Origin: Pelagomonas calceolata
Lineage: Eukaryota
Assembly: GCA_918797485.1 (NCBI GenBank)
Contig: CAKKNE010000006.1
Location: forward strand, 2,790,001-2,854,000
Direction: 5' to 3'
DNA: 64,000 nucleotides
The notes under the pieces: generated by a model
The model's input: the letters and a program-made list of their open reading frames with translations, nothing else
What the model was told of the DNA's origin: nothing
The model's database searches: none
Made by a program: the position numbers and the translations under genes
Shown: positions 10,642 through 21,016 of the stretch, one piece after another
Layout: every line of letters begins with the position of its first letter
Position numbering within the stretch: position 1 is the first letter of the stretch

Positions 10642-11778
10642 TCACAAAAAGGGCGCGCACTTCCCCCGCGCACACACGTCCGCGCCGCGACACTGGCCGC
10701 CGTGCTCGACGGCGTCGATGCGCGTGTGGCAGACGAAGGTCGGCCGCGTCCCGTCCGCGTCGGACCGTAAAGCAGGCAGCGACCCGACGGGCGCCGAGGG
10801 TAACAACAGGACGTGGGGCAGCGCGAGCGGCTTCTCGAGCAGGCGCCCGGTCTCCCGGAAACTTCCGCCATCGAAAGCAGTGATGCCGCTCTGCGCCCGG
10901 ATGCGCGCCGCGTCGCGCTGCAGGACGTGCAGCGCGCCCCGCTTGTTGTGCGCGACGGCATAGCGGTCGAACAGCGAACTATCGAAGTCGTAGGCGCCGT
11001 CCGACGCCGCCGACCAGCTCGCGAAGAGCGTCGCCCAGAGCGGCAGCTGGTCCTTCTTGCCGCAGCGGCCGCGCCACCAGAGCGCGAAGAATTGGGAGGT
11101 GAATCGAGATTTTCTCGCGAAGATGAGGCCGCCGTTCATCGGGATCTTGGGACCTCCTATCCTGTTCTGATTTCCCAGCAGTTCCGAATCTGATGATAAA
11201 GCGAGGTACGCCTCGGGCGTCACCTGGTCATTCGCAAAGGCGACGTCCGAGAACCAGGCGTCGGCGTCCACGTATAACACCGAATCCGGCGGCTGCTGAC
11301 CCTCGAAGAGCGCCAGGAAACCTAGCGTTTTGACGCCGTTCAACGTGTTCCCTTCCCTTCTATCTCTACATGTCGCCCAGGGCGCCGCATGACGAGCATC
11401 CAGAATATCTGAAGAGGGCACGCCGAGCCAGAGGTAGAGCGCCCTTTTTGTCTTACGACAGTAGGCCGCCTTGTTCAGGAAGGCCTCCCAGTTGCCCCTC
11501 GTTTCGAGGTACTTCGTAGAGTCGACCATGGCCAAAATGACAGTTTTTGATGCGTCGACGTCGCCGCCGTGGTCCACCCGACAGAGTTTCAGCGGGCTGT
11601 CGGACGTGGTGGTCACGCGATTACCGGAGATGGTGAGCACGCAGCCGCTCTCAGCAGCTTCCAAAGACAGCGGTCGTGCGTCGTTGAGGGCGGCTTGGGC
11701 CTCGGATTGCCATTGGTCTTTGGTTACTCGTGTGGCGGCTGCCGAGGCTGCTAGGCTGAGCAGCAGCGCTGAGCGCAT
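10642..11778 (-). CDS. Secreted GT-A glycosyltransferase-like protein (GT34-like)
   Basis: Signal peptide MRSALLLSLAASAAA; NK.AYC, VLYVDADAWF (DxD), NGGLIF, KDQ. Confidence 0.65.
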   Translation of the reverse strand: MRSALLLSLAASAAATRVTKDQWQSEAQAALNDARPLSLEAAESGCVLTISGNRVTTTSDSPLKLCRVDHGGDVDASKTVILAMVDSTKYLETRGNWEAFLNKAAYCRKTKRALYLWLGVPSSDILDARHAAPWATCRDRREGNTLNGVKTLGFLALFEGQQPPDSVLYVDADAWFSDVAFANDQVTPEAYLALSSDSELLGNQNRIGGPKIPMNGGLIFARKSRFTSQFFALWWRGRCGKKDQLPLWATLFASWSAASDGAYDFDSSLFDRYAVAHNKRGALHVLQRDAARIRAQSGITAFDGGSFRETGRLLEKPLALPHVLLLPSAPVGSLPALRSDADGTRPTFVCHTRIDAVEHGGQCRGADVCARGKCAPFL

Positions 11779-11901
11779 GGGTGGCTCGCGTGACTGCGCA
11801 GACTTGCGCAGTCGTTCAAAAATTATTATTTGGTGGGTTATCAATGCCGAGCTCGAGCAATGCTGCGTGTTTAAGCGTCGACAAGCGGCGGGCTGGGTTA
11901 G

Positions 11902-11927
11902 GCTAGCGGCATGTAAGACACTAGCAA
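11902..11927 (-). promoter_or_regulatory. CTAG motif
   Basis: Reverse complement TTGCTAGTGTCTTACATGCCGCTAGC, 124 bp upstream of ATG 11778. Confidence 0.65.
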
Positions 11928-12039
11928 GCACTCTTGATCGATCCAGCGCGCGGGGACCTGGTAACGGACGCGTCGCGTGTCGTGAGGGACGCGTACAGAA
12001 GCATGCTAGCCTGCCGGACTATTTTCCGTTCATTTTGTT

Positions 12040-12301
12040 TATGCTCTCCCACTTTGGCAGTGGGCATGCGGCTGCCACGCTCGACGACATGATCGAGGCA
12101 GAGGCGACGTATGTGGCGATAGAGCGAGTCTACGCACGGAGGTTTGGTCCATCGCACCCGGAGACTCGTGGCCTCCGGGGCGAAATCTCGAAATTGAGAG
12201 AGAACATGGCGAAGGTCCGTGAGTGTGCGACGTGTGAGTGTGCGACGTGTCCATGGGCTCAGATAGCCCGGCGTAGCGGGATTCATCGCAACGCAAGATG
12301 A
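12040..12301 (+). pseudogene. Fragment resembling the end of a kinesin-light-chain-type TPR repeat protein
   Basis: ATLDDMIEAEAT...RVYARRFGPSHPET; no long upstream frame; ends in a 15-bp tandem duplication. Confidence 0.35.
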
Positions 12302-12319
12302 GTAAGTAAACATTAGTCA

Positions 12320-13849
12320 TTACAACAGCTCCAAGTCGTCCTCCTCGTCGTCAACGCACTCCCCCAGCACCGCGTGCAGCCCGTCCGGATCCTCGAGCAT
12401 TGCCCGAATCATCACCTCCCAGCGCCGCTGCGCGTCCTCCAGCGACTCGCCCGCGCGCCGCCGCAGCGCGAACGGTTCCGTCTCAGGCGCCGCCTCGAGC
12501 GCCGCGGCGCGCGCCGGGAACGCGGGAGACGCGCGGTACTCGCGCCACGCGTCCGCGCCGATCGCTGCCACCACAGCCTCTTCAAATTTGCACGCGTGCG
12601 CCGTCGCCAGGATCGCGACCGGCGTCGCCCCGTCATCGTAGCCTAGCGCCGCGGCGCCGGCGAGCGCCACGGCGGCGTGCGGGTCGCACACGAGGCCGTG
12701 CACGTCGCGGCACCGTTTTAAAGCCTCCAAGGTCGTCGCGTCGTCAATCCGAGCAGAACGGTACGTTTTCGCGAAACTCGCGCGCGTCGCGTCGTCGAGC
12801 CGCAAGGACTCCGTCTCCCCAAAAACGTCCATGGCGCGCTTCGTCGCGACGGCGTCGCCATCCAACGCGTAGTAGAGCACCCTTTCAAAATTGTACGGAA
12901 CTTGAATATTGATCGCGTCGCTCCGCGTCTTTTTCATGTGAGACGCGCGCGAGAAGTCGCCCTCACTAAACGCGCGGAACGCGATGTCATTTACATTGGT
13001 CGCGGCGCAGAGCTTGTCAAAAGGCACGCCTCTTCTCTTAACGAAGGTCGCCGCAGTTAAATTACCCATGGCGCCCGTCGGCACGACGACGTCGAGGGAC
13101 GTACACGAAAACAGCTCGCGGCACCGTAGATACAACCACACATAATGGACCTGCTGCGCGAGCGGCCGTATGACGTTGTACGAGTTCACGCCCGTCAAGC
13201 CATGTTGGGCCTTGAAGGTCGTGTCTAACGATAAACGTTTGATGGGCGCGTCCATGTCGTCGCCACCTCCCTCGAAGCAACAGACCCTGATAGCTTCCGA
13301 CGAAGCACAGGTCATCTGCCTCCGCTGCAAATCGGAGATCTGGCCCCGCGGGAAGCAGACGACGCACCTTAGTGAAGGATCGTCGACGTCGGCGACGGCC
13401 CGCAGCGCCGCGGGACCGGTGTCGCCGGTCGTCGCAACCAATAGAGTGCGGGGCTCGTTGCGTTTTCGGGCGAATAGAGCTAATAAACGCACCGCTACTT
13501 GCAAACCGAGATCTTTGAAGCAGAGCGTCGGGCCGTGGAAGAGCTCCACCAGAGCGGTGTTGTTTGTTAATTTCGTGACTGGTACTGTGTCGGGCGCATC
13601 GTAGCCGGCGTAGGATTTACTTAATAATTCTGCGAGCTCGTCTCGTGTGACTTCACCGTCGAGGAACGGCAACAGGACTTCCACGGCGACGGCGGTGAAG
13701 TCCAGCGTCCGCCACCGATCGAGGTCTTCTGCCGTGATGCGCGGGAGCGTCTCGGGCACGTACAGCCCGCCGTCGGGCGCGTAGCCGGCACCGATGGCGG
13801 CCTCGAAACTGACGGGCTCGCCGCCGCCGCGCGTGGAGACGTAGCGCAT
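12320..13849 (-). CDS. thrC: Threonine synthase (PLP-dependent)
   Basis: MRYVSTRG, APDGGLYVP, ELFHGPTLCFKD (PLP lysine), ATTGDTG, VPTGAMGN, TAHACKF. Confidence 0.93.
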   Translation of the reverse strand: MRYVSTRGGGEPVSFEAAIGAGYAPDGGLYVPETLPRITAEDLDRWRTLDFTAVAVEVLLPFLDGEVTRDELAELLSKSYAGYDAPDTVPVTKLTNNTALVELFHGPTLCFKDLGLQVAVRLLALFARKRNEPRTLLVATTGDTGPAALRAVADVDDPSLRCVVCFPRGQISDLQRRQMTCASSEAIRVCCFEGGGDDMDAPIKRLSLDTTFKAQHGLTGVNSYNVIRPLAQQVHYVWLYLRCRELFSCTSLDVVVPTGAMGNLTAATFVKRRGVPFDKLCAATNVNDIAFRAFSEGDFSRASHMKKTRSDAINIQVPYNFERVLYYALDGDAVATKRAMDVFGETESLRLDDATRASFAKTYRSARIDDATTLEALKRCRDVHGLVCDPHAAVALAGAAALGYDDGATPVAILATAHACKFEEAVVAAIGADAWREYRASPAFPARAAALEAAPETEPFALRRRAGESLEDAQRRWEVMIRAMLEDPDGLHAVLGECVDDEEDDLELL

Positions 13850-14486
13850 TCCTTTGTGCTCTCTGAGTGCTGAGAGACTGCAGGTCACGGAGATAGCGTA
13901 TTGCTGTGCGTTTCGCTTTCGCGACTGTTTTGTGCAGCAGCAGCGATCAATTGAACCAGTAATCGACAGCCAGAAAGCACCGCTGCGGGTAGCTAGCCGA
14001 GTTTAAGCCGTGAGAGACTCGGCCGATCGGAGAGACTCGGCCGCCACGGGTTTTAGCGCAAGCTGTAGGCGTCCTAAGAAGGACTACAACGACGGGAGCC
14101 CTGGCACTGGACCAGTTCCCCACCAGCACCGGATTCTCGCAGAGCGAAGTTGGGCCCACTGCGGTCCATCGCCCGGGAAGACCTCGGCCGCGGACGCCTG
14201 GGCTGCCCCACGCTTGGAAGTGCCGTCGCGGGCCGCCCCGCGCGCCGACACGCGACCTTCACATGCAGCGCCCCCACCAATTCCCCCTCAACGGCTAAAA
14301 ACTACCGCGCTGTGAGAGCGGTGAAGACGGCTATTTAAGCCTCTGTAGCGACCGGCGCCGCGCCGCAGCGCACCCGGCCACGCTGAGAGCCGGGCGAAGC
14401 TGCTGGACGACGAAAGGCAGCCCAAACAGCCACAAAAAAAGGGCAGCGAACGGCCAAAAATAGCGACAGACCAAAGAGAGCAAAAG

Positions 14487-17243
14487 ATGCCAAGCGACGG
14501 CTGGAAGGGAGCCGACACGTATGGGAACGACTTAGATTATGAAGGAGGGAAATACTCGAGAGGGGCAACCCACGGCCAGACGGCGAACCAGATCCTCATG
14601 GGCGGCGGCCTCCCCTCACCCGTACCCGTGCGAAGCGGTGGCCGAAGCGGTGGCCGCGACGTGGGCTTCGAGCGAAGAGTCCACTCGACACTCTACAGGA
14701 ACCAAGGACCACTAGTGTCGCAGGACGACTCGTCCTTCCATTCGTATGGCTACGAGCCGAAGGCGCGCGACAGCCGCGGCCACCGCGTCGATTATAATGA
14801 AGACGAATTGTCATTTGCGTCGTCGTCAGGACGTGTCTCGCCCTTCATGGGCGCCGGGCCCAAGCCGAGATCGAATACGTTGGACAATGCCCACGACCCG
14901 GGAGCTGCGGCTCGGAAAGCTTCATTAGAAGAAGGTCTAGATCTGCACGAAAGCGAGAGACCTCGCACGGCAGAGTCGAACCACCCGCCCATCGGCTACA
15001 TGCACCAGTGCATGCAGCTCGCCTGTCTGATGGGCGACGTGAAAGAAGTAGAAAGAGTGGCGGCCATCGAAGGGTATAACCTCGAGCACCTCATACTAGG
15101 TAAGAGGCCGATGCATCTGGCGGCGGTCGCGAACCAGCCCGACGTCATTAGGGCATTAGCTAAAGCTGGGGCGAAGTTGAATGGCTCCGACGGCACGTCC
15201 AACAGGTCCAAGCCGATCCACGTCTGCGCCGAAGTCGGCGCGGTCGAGGCCGCGGACGCGCTGGTCAAGCTCGGCGCGCGTTCCGAAACGAGGCCGGGAG
15301 ACGGCTTAGGTCCCTTACACATCGCCTGCAAGCACAACCACCCCGAAGTGATTGCTGTCTTACTAAGAGCGGGGGCGAACCCCGACGCGGCGTCGCGCGA
15401 GGGCACGCCGCGGGAACTCGCGGAACTCTACCACTGCACGCGTTGTGTGGATGCGATCGACGACTATATCATCGACCGGCACGACGACAAGAAGCTCGCG
15501 AGTTTCCACAAGATGAGTATCACCTCCCCCGCGCGGCACCTGGGCGCGCACCTGGACCCGGGCCACGAGCCCCCGACGACGCCCAAGAGCGTGAGATTCA
15601 AGGACCAGAAGCATTCGGAGCGAGATCAGGCGCTCATCGAGAAAGCTCTGCATGACTTGGAGATGCAATGTTGTACAAGACCCTTAGCGTCGATGCAAGC
15701 GGCCTTGATGACGGGCGACCATGCCAAAGTCCAAAAACTACTGAGCTGGGGCGGCGACTGCAACGCCATGTGCAATGGCCGAAGACCATTGCATTGCGCG
15801 GTGCTCGGTGACAGTGTCGAGTGCCTCAAAATCTTGCTCGCGCAAAAAGACATCGACGTGAACGGGCGAGATGGGGTAAGTTTCCAGACGCCCTTGCACG
15901 TGGCCTGCGACATCGCCTGCGACCCGGACATCGTCGTGATCTTGGCTAATCACCATGGCGTCCATATTGATGCCACAGATGCCAAATTCCGACGCCCTTT
16001 ACATAGAGCGGCCGAGGAGGGCGACGAGATGGCCTGTCGGTTACTTGTCCATCTAGGTGCTGATGCGCGTGCGAAGGATACGACGGGCCAACGGCCTCGC
16101 GACTACTCGAAAGCGCATGGGTATACCAAGCTCTCAGGTGTCTTAGCGAAGGCCGAAGCGGCTGCGGTTCGGAAGAAGAACGCTCGAAGAAGGACCATGG
16201 CCATGGCGAAACTGAAGCATGTGAGCCATCGGGGCGACGGCGCGTCCTTCGGTGGCGACTCGACGCGGTCCTACTCGACGATCGGGTCCACGAAATCAGC
16301 TAAAAGCCGATCTAGTAGAAGACAACAAAAAACTCACTTCCCGCCGGCCTCGCCGACGCGGTCGCCGTCGACCTACCGCGCCAAGGACGAGGTCGTCGAG
16401 GAGCTCGAAAGTGTGCTGGCCGAGGTGCGGACGCAGCCCCACGGCCACCTGAAGGTCGATTCCTTGGTGAGCGAAGCGTCACGAGCGGTCCATTTGGGGA
16501 CGCCCCAAACGACCTGGGACACGAAGCGGGGCTCCGTCGCGAAGGCCCGGTCGCCGGACAAGCCTTTACCAACTTCGTTGGACGAGCGCTTCCAGCAGTA
16601 CGACGACTCGCGACCCATGACCGCCGAAGAACCTCCCGAAGAAATGGAGTACGACTGGCGGAAGCCGCCGAAGACGCCGGTGACGCCCCCGACGGACACG
16701 CCGAACATTTCGCAGTTGTTGGTCCCGCCCGACGACACGACGTGGCGCAACGAGCACATCCCCGAGCCGCCTGCTTCCCCACCGAAGAAGGCGAAGCGCA
16801 AGCGGCGGAAGAAATCCGTGGATGAGGACACGACGCCGCCGGGCACGTCCCGTCATGAGAGGCGGCGCGGCGACGGACGGGCAAGGCGGAAGAAGTACGT
16901 GCCTCCGTTGGGGGGCAAGTCGCCGGCGGTCGACATTGCAAAATTCTTCCGGGGCGATTCTGGGGATGAAGCCGCGACGGCCTACGCCGTCGTTGGGAAA
17001 CACGGGCCGGGCTACGACGGAGACTACGACGACGAAGTCGACGACGGCTCGCAATGGGCACAAATAGAAGTAGACAACGAAAAGGCCGAGCCGGCGTCCA
17101 TCGACGGCGAGTACGGCGGCGGCGCCTTCAGCAGCTACAACCGCGTGCACGTCGCCGTGTCTCCGATCAAGGCCGACCCGATGGGGTTTGGGTCCAGCGT
17201 GCCGACGGGCCGGAGCTCGCCCACTCTCAAAGCTAGGGGGTAA
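14487..17243 (+). CDS. Ankyrin-repeat protein with disordered termini
   Basis: Two ankyrin clusters (RPMHLAA, GPLHIAC, RPLHCAV, TPLHVAC, RPLHRAA). Confidence 0.88.
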   Translation: MPSDGWKGADTYGNDLDYEGGKYSRGATHGQTANQILMGGGLPSPVPVRSGGRSGGRDVGFERRVHSTLYRNQGPLVSQDDSSFHSYGYEPKARDSRGHRVDYNEDELSFASSSGRVSPFMGAGPKPRSNTLDNAHDPGAAARKASLEEGLDLHESERPRTAESNHPPIGYMHQCMQLACLMGDVKEVERVAAIEGYNLEHLILGKRPMHLAAVANQPDVIRALAKAGAKLNGSDGTSNRSKPIHVCAEVGAVEAADALVKLGARSETRPGDGLGPLHIACKHNHPEVIAVLLRAGANPDAASREGTPRELAELYHCTRCVDAIDDYIIDRHDDKKLASFHKMSITSPARHLGAHLDPGHEPPTTPKSVRFKDQKHSERDQALIEKALHDLEMQCCTRPLASMQAALMTGDHAKVQKLLSWGGDCNAMCNGRRPLHCAVLGDSVECLKILLAQKDIDVNGRDGVSFQTPLHVACDIACDPDIVVILANHHGVHIDATDAKFRRPLHRAAEEGDEMACRLLVHLGADARAKDTTGQRPRDYSKAHGYTKLSGVLAKAEAAAVRKKNARRRTMAMAKLKHVSHRGDGASFGGDSTRSYSTIGSTKSAKSRSSRRQQKTHFPPASPTRSPSTYRAKDEVVEELESVLAEVRTQPHGHLKVDSLVSEASRAVHLGTPQTTWDTKRGSVAKARSPDKPLPTSLDERFQQYDDSRPMTAEEPPEEMEYDWRKPPKTPVTPPTDTPNISQLLVPPDDTTWRNEHIPEPPASPPKKAKRKRRKKSVDEDTTPPGTSRHERRRGDGRARRKKYVPPLGGKSPAVDIAKFFRGDSGDEAATAYAVVGKHGPGYDGDYDDEVDDGSQWAQIEVDNEKAEPASIDGEYGGGAFSSYNRVHVAVSPIKADPMGFGSSVPTGRSSPTLKARG

Positions 17244-17257
17244 ATTCTTCATCACAA

Positions 17258-19981
17258 TTAGTCCACATAGCTCGGCCGGTCCCAGGACGGCATCTGCGCG
17301 CACATCACGAGGGTCTCGGCGAACTCCAGCTCTTCGCCGCAGACGGGGCATATTTGCTGCCCCTCGTGGAAAGTCTCGTCGACGAAGCGCTTGATGCACC
17401 TCGCGTGGAAGCAGTGCAAACAGTTGGTCATGAACGCCCGCCGGGACGCGTCGATGTAACCTTTGGAGGCCTTGAGGTTCGCCGGGCGGACCCGGAGGCT
17501 GTAAGCAGCAGAACTTGCTTCGAGCCGGGCTATCTCGTTGGTTATCGACCTTCTCAGGTCCGGGAATGACGTAGCCTGCGCGAGGGATATAATATCCTCC
17601 AGGGTCGAAATTTCACACTTGTCTCCGATGAGCATATCTTTGAGCACTTCATCGACAGCATCCTGCTTGCTCTCGAGACACCCAATCCCCGCGCTCAGGC
17701 TCGCCTCGGCAGCCCGACGAACTTCTTCCGGACATGCATTTGGACATGGCTTGTCGATCTGCTCGAGGAGGCCGCGGAGCACGGCCTTGTGCTCCTCAAT
17801 GGTGAGCATGCCCTCCTCCGGCTCCGCATTCTTACAGAACCGCACCTGAACGCGTTGGTCCGGCCCCACTGACAAGCGCTCGACGACGCCCTGGTCGCCG
17901 TTGCGGTGCGTGGCTTTTTTCAGGCCGTGAACAGTAACGCGCGTACCCACCTCCAACTCTGCTGGCCAAGCGAGCTGCTGCAGACAAATGGGACACGCAT
18001 CCTCGAGCGGCTCGCGCTCGCATAGCTCGACAGCCTGTTGCACTGCCCCAAGCCATCCGGCGGCCCGGTGATCGTCAAGCAGAAAACAATTAGTTAAGGT
18101 AAACGCACGCGCCTGGCAGCTCGGGAGGTTTGAGGTTTTGAAGCGTGCGAGCCCAGGGGAATTGCACATACCTGAGAGTAAAAGCGAGGCGGTTCTCTCT
18201 GCCGATTCCGCGGATTTGACAAAATCGCCCTTCATGACGTGATTCATTGAGGGATGCAACAATTGTTCGTCTTCTCGTAGTGTTTCGGCAAGTTGCTTCT
18301 CTGCGAGGCGCCGCCGACACAACCTCAAGTTATTGTCCAAACATTTGCGGAGCTGCGCCAGCTGCTCCGCGTTCCAGGTTGTGTCGCTGAGATCCGCAGT
18401 CGTCCACTCGCGGTCGCAGCGCTCCAGTTCCCGAAGCGCCTCGTCCAAGTCGCGATCGGACTCGCTCAAAATTTTCTTACGGTAGGGGTCGGCCATCAGT
18501 GCCGATTCCAACTTGAGTCGCTGGGGGTCGGCCATCAGGGCCGTGCCCAGCTTGAATCTCGCGCACTGCCGACTGACTCGAGGTGCGTCGACGGCGAGTG
18601 CCTTGCGAGAAATGGCCGCAGCGCCCGCGTAGTCACCGCGGTCCATTAAGGCCGTCGCCACTTCACAGAGCGCGTCGACTCGGTCGTGGCCCGACACGTT
18701 CGGGAACTCCGCCAGGGCATTGGCCCGGCGAGTGGCAACGTCGAGGAATTTGCTGTGTTCGCCGAGGGCATTCAGCGCCCGCAACTCGCAGTCAAGAACA
18801 ATTATGACGACCTTCTCTCTCCACCGATCTTCCCAAGCGTCATTCAGTTCGATGGCGCACTTCGTGTGCCTCAGAGTCGCATTGTATGCTCCCGCGTCGA
18901 CGCAATTGCATGCGCAGCGTGTATGCGAAGTGAAGACGCTGCGGTCGGCGTACATCAGGTACTCCCTCGCCATGTCAAAAAGCGGCGGCCTCTCTCGCCA
19001 ATTTATGTCATCGAGCTCCTCCGTCGTGCGCTGCTTGATGCGCAGAGCCAACGCGAGCAGCGCCTCGCCGTTGGGCCCTTCCTGTTGATACAATTTGTTC
19101 CACGTTTCTGTCATATTTCCGTACTCCACGCTCATCAGAATTTCTGTGTCCGCCGTTTCATTTGCTTGGCCTCGGCGCAGTTCCTCCAAGCATTTATCCA
19201 GCAGCGCCTTACTTGCAACCATTTCTTGTTCGTTCCACCTCGTCCCTTCCACCGACATCGTCCAGTCGCGTTCGCATTGTTCCAGTAATTGCAGCGCCTC
19301 GTCCGTGAGTTTGGCACACCCCAGCGCAACCCCGAGCTTCATTCTCGCAGTGTTCCGCGACGCCGGGCGCACGCCTTCGACGCGGATCGCCGCGCGTGCC
19401 GTCTTTATGGCGGCCTGATGGTCATCTAGCTCTATCTGCACGGTGGCCACCTCGCAGAACGCGCGGACAACCTCGTCGCGCGGCACGGCCGCAAGCTGTG
19501 CCATACCCTCGGCCCGGCGCGTGGCAGTATCAAGGTAGTTGGATTCTTCGTCGAGGCCTATCCACGCCTCCTTTTCGTAATTGAGAACGTTCATCACCAC
19601 GCATTCCATCCAGGCGCCCCCATGCGCATCGGACAGGTCGAGGGCCTTCTGCGTATGTTTCAGGGTTTCACGGTACGCGTCAGCTTCGAGGTAGTCGCGC
19701 GCGCAGGCCACGTGCGCCTCGAATATCTTCCAGTCAACCATCACCATATGATTGGGTATATGGTCCTTTACAATCTGGCCACGATCCCGCTTCGTAATGA
19801 ATTCCTGCCAGCGCTGCTTGATCCGAAGCGCCAGCAGGAGCATGGCCTTTCCCTTGCCGGCAGGTATTGTCGACTCCTTCTGTTCTTTGTAAAGTTTACG
19901 CCAGGAGTCCTCCATCGCTTTGAGCTCGTCCATGAGCTCTTTCTGCCTTATTTCCCACGCAGCCATATCTATGCCATGCAA
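17258..19981 (-). CDS. TPR-like helical duplicated protein with split C-terminal RING-H2 (putative E3 ligase)
   Basis: 907-aa ORF; duplicated unit of about 260 aa; CPIC ... CLHCFHARC ... CPVC. Confidence 0.7.
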   Translation of the reverse strand: MHGIDMAAWEIRQKELMDELKAMEDSWRKLYKEQKESTIPAGKGKAMLLLALRIKQRWQEFITKRDRGQIVKDHIPNHMVMVDWKIFEAHVACARDYLEADAYRETLKHTQKALDLSDAHGGAWMECVVMNVLNYEKEAWIGLDEESNYLDTATRRAEGMAQLAAVPRDEVVRAFCEVATVQIELDDHQAAIKTARAAIRVEGVRPASRNTARMKLGVALGCAKLTDEALQLLEQCERDWTMSVEGTRWNEQEMVASKALLDKCLEELRRGQANETADTEILMSVEYGNMTETWNKLYQQEGPNGEALLALALRIKQRTTEELDDINWRERPPLFDMAREYLMYADRSVFTSHTRCACNCVDAGAYNATLRHTKCAIELNDAWEDRWREKVVIIVLDCELRALNALGEHSKFLDVATRRANALAEFPNVSGHDRVDALCEVATALMDRGDYAGAAAISRKALAVDAPRVSRQCARFKLGTALMADPQRLKLESALMADPYRKKILSESDRDLDEALRELERCDREWTTADLSDTTWNAEQLAQLRKCLDNNLRLCRRRLAEKQLAETLREDEQLLHPSMNHVMKGDFVKSAESAERTASLLLSGMCNSPGLARFKTSNLPSCQARAFTLTNCFLLDDHRAAGWLGAVQQAVELCEREPLEDACPICLQQLAWPAELEVGTRVTVHGLKKATHRNGDQGVVERLSVGPDQRVQVRFCKNAEPEEGMLTIEEHKAVLRGLLEQIDKPCPNACPEEVRRAAEASLSAGIGCLESKQDAVDEVLKDMLIGDKCEISTLEDIISLAQATSFPDLRRSITNEIARLEASSAAYSLRVRPANLKASKGYIDASRRAFMTNCLHCFHARCIKRFVDETFHEGQQICPVCGEELEFAETLVMCAQMPSWDRPSYVD

Positions 19982-20100
19982 CGATTATCTCTCCTGCGAA
20001 GCTGCCTCCATGCGGCAGGATGCGAAGCGTGTACACTGTGCAAGGGCTGCGTGCACGCAGCTAAGCGCGACACCCCCAAAAGCGCCGGCTCCTGGGCTGC

Positions 20101-20122
20101 TTGCTAGTATCTTACCGCTAGC
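20101..20122 (+). promoter_or_regulatory. CTAG motif (10-nt spacer)
   Basis: TTGCTAGTATCTTACCGCTAGC, 120 bp from ATG 19981. Confidence 0.6.
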
Positions 20123-20179
20123 TCGCGCCAGCAAAACACGCGCACAGGCTAGCTAGAGCATCGATCACACAACACAGAG

Positions 20180-20620
20180 TTAATCATGGCTCACCCACGA
20201 CGCCGGGACGTGCGGCCCGAACACCAACCGGTTCGTCCCGTCGAAGCGCAAATCGAGGGCGATCGCCCGCGCCACGGCCGCGACGGACGTCTCGCCGCTC
20301 GCCACGACGTCCGCGTGGCGACACACCAACGCGTGCTGCGTCGACGTCCTTGTATTATAAACATCAAAACGCAGCCTCCGGTCCTCGTCGACCTTCCGCG
20401 CCGCGATGATGCAGTACTCGTCGTTGATCTTCACGCCCCAGCGCGCGATCTGCGGGCCGCCTTCAGTGCCACTCGTCGGGCTGTCCTGCGAGAGGAGCCG
20501 CGTCGTGTCGCCGTCCGCTTCGAGCGTCCTGGCGTGTTCGAGCAATTCTGCTAGCTCGCGGCGTGCCTTGGACAGTGGTAGCGTGGGCGGCTTCGCGCCG
20601 CTCGTCGCAGGCGCACTCAT
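20180..20620 (-). CDS. Hypothetical protein
   Basis: ORF from MSAPATSG with coding-like GC3 bias. Confidence 0.55.
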   Translation of the reverse strand: MSAPATSGAKPPTLPLSKARRELAELLEHARTLEADGDTTRLLSQDSPTSGTEGGPQIARWGVKINDEYCIIAARKVDEDRRLRFDVYNTRTSTQHALVCRHADVVASGETSVAAVARAIALDLRFDGTNRLVFGPHVPASWVSHD

Positions 20621-20889
20621 TGCCAGCGGTGCCCGAGGGCTGGCCGCAATTCTCTCAAGTCCGCAGCGCTCTAAGGGCTGTCCCACGGTACCAAAGGGCA
20701 GGCCGCACGGCTCCAGGGCTGCCCGACGTGCCGCACTTGGGGGCTGCACTGGGGGCTGCACAGAGGGGCAGCGCTCGATTGCCGGAAGCCGCAGAGACTG
20801 CACCAATGGAATCGTACGCAACGTGCGATGGCCGATGGTGTGCTCTGCTTGCGAAACGGGAGCAAAAGGCAGCAACCGGTTCGCAGTGA

Positions 20890-20915
20890 TTGCTAGTACC
20901 TTACATACCGCTAGG
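20890..20915 (+). promoter_or_regulatory. CTAG motif
   Basis: TTGCTAGTACCTTACATACCGCTAGG between divergent genes. Confidence 0.6.
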
Positions 20916-21016
20916 TCGGCCGCAATTTCAGCAAAAAAACGCCGCCAGGATGGCCATTTACCCGTAACGCAGCATAATTCACAAGCAGCAACAACGCCAT
21001 ACGTGCGCTGCGACGG

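Noticed and set aside
14012..14043. Tandem GAGAGACTCGGCCG x2
   Set aside because: Single short local duplication, not seen elsewhere
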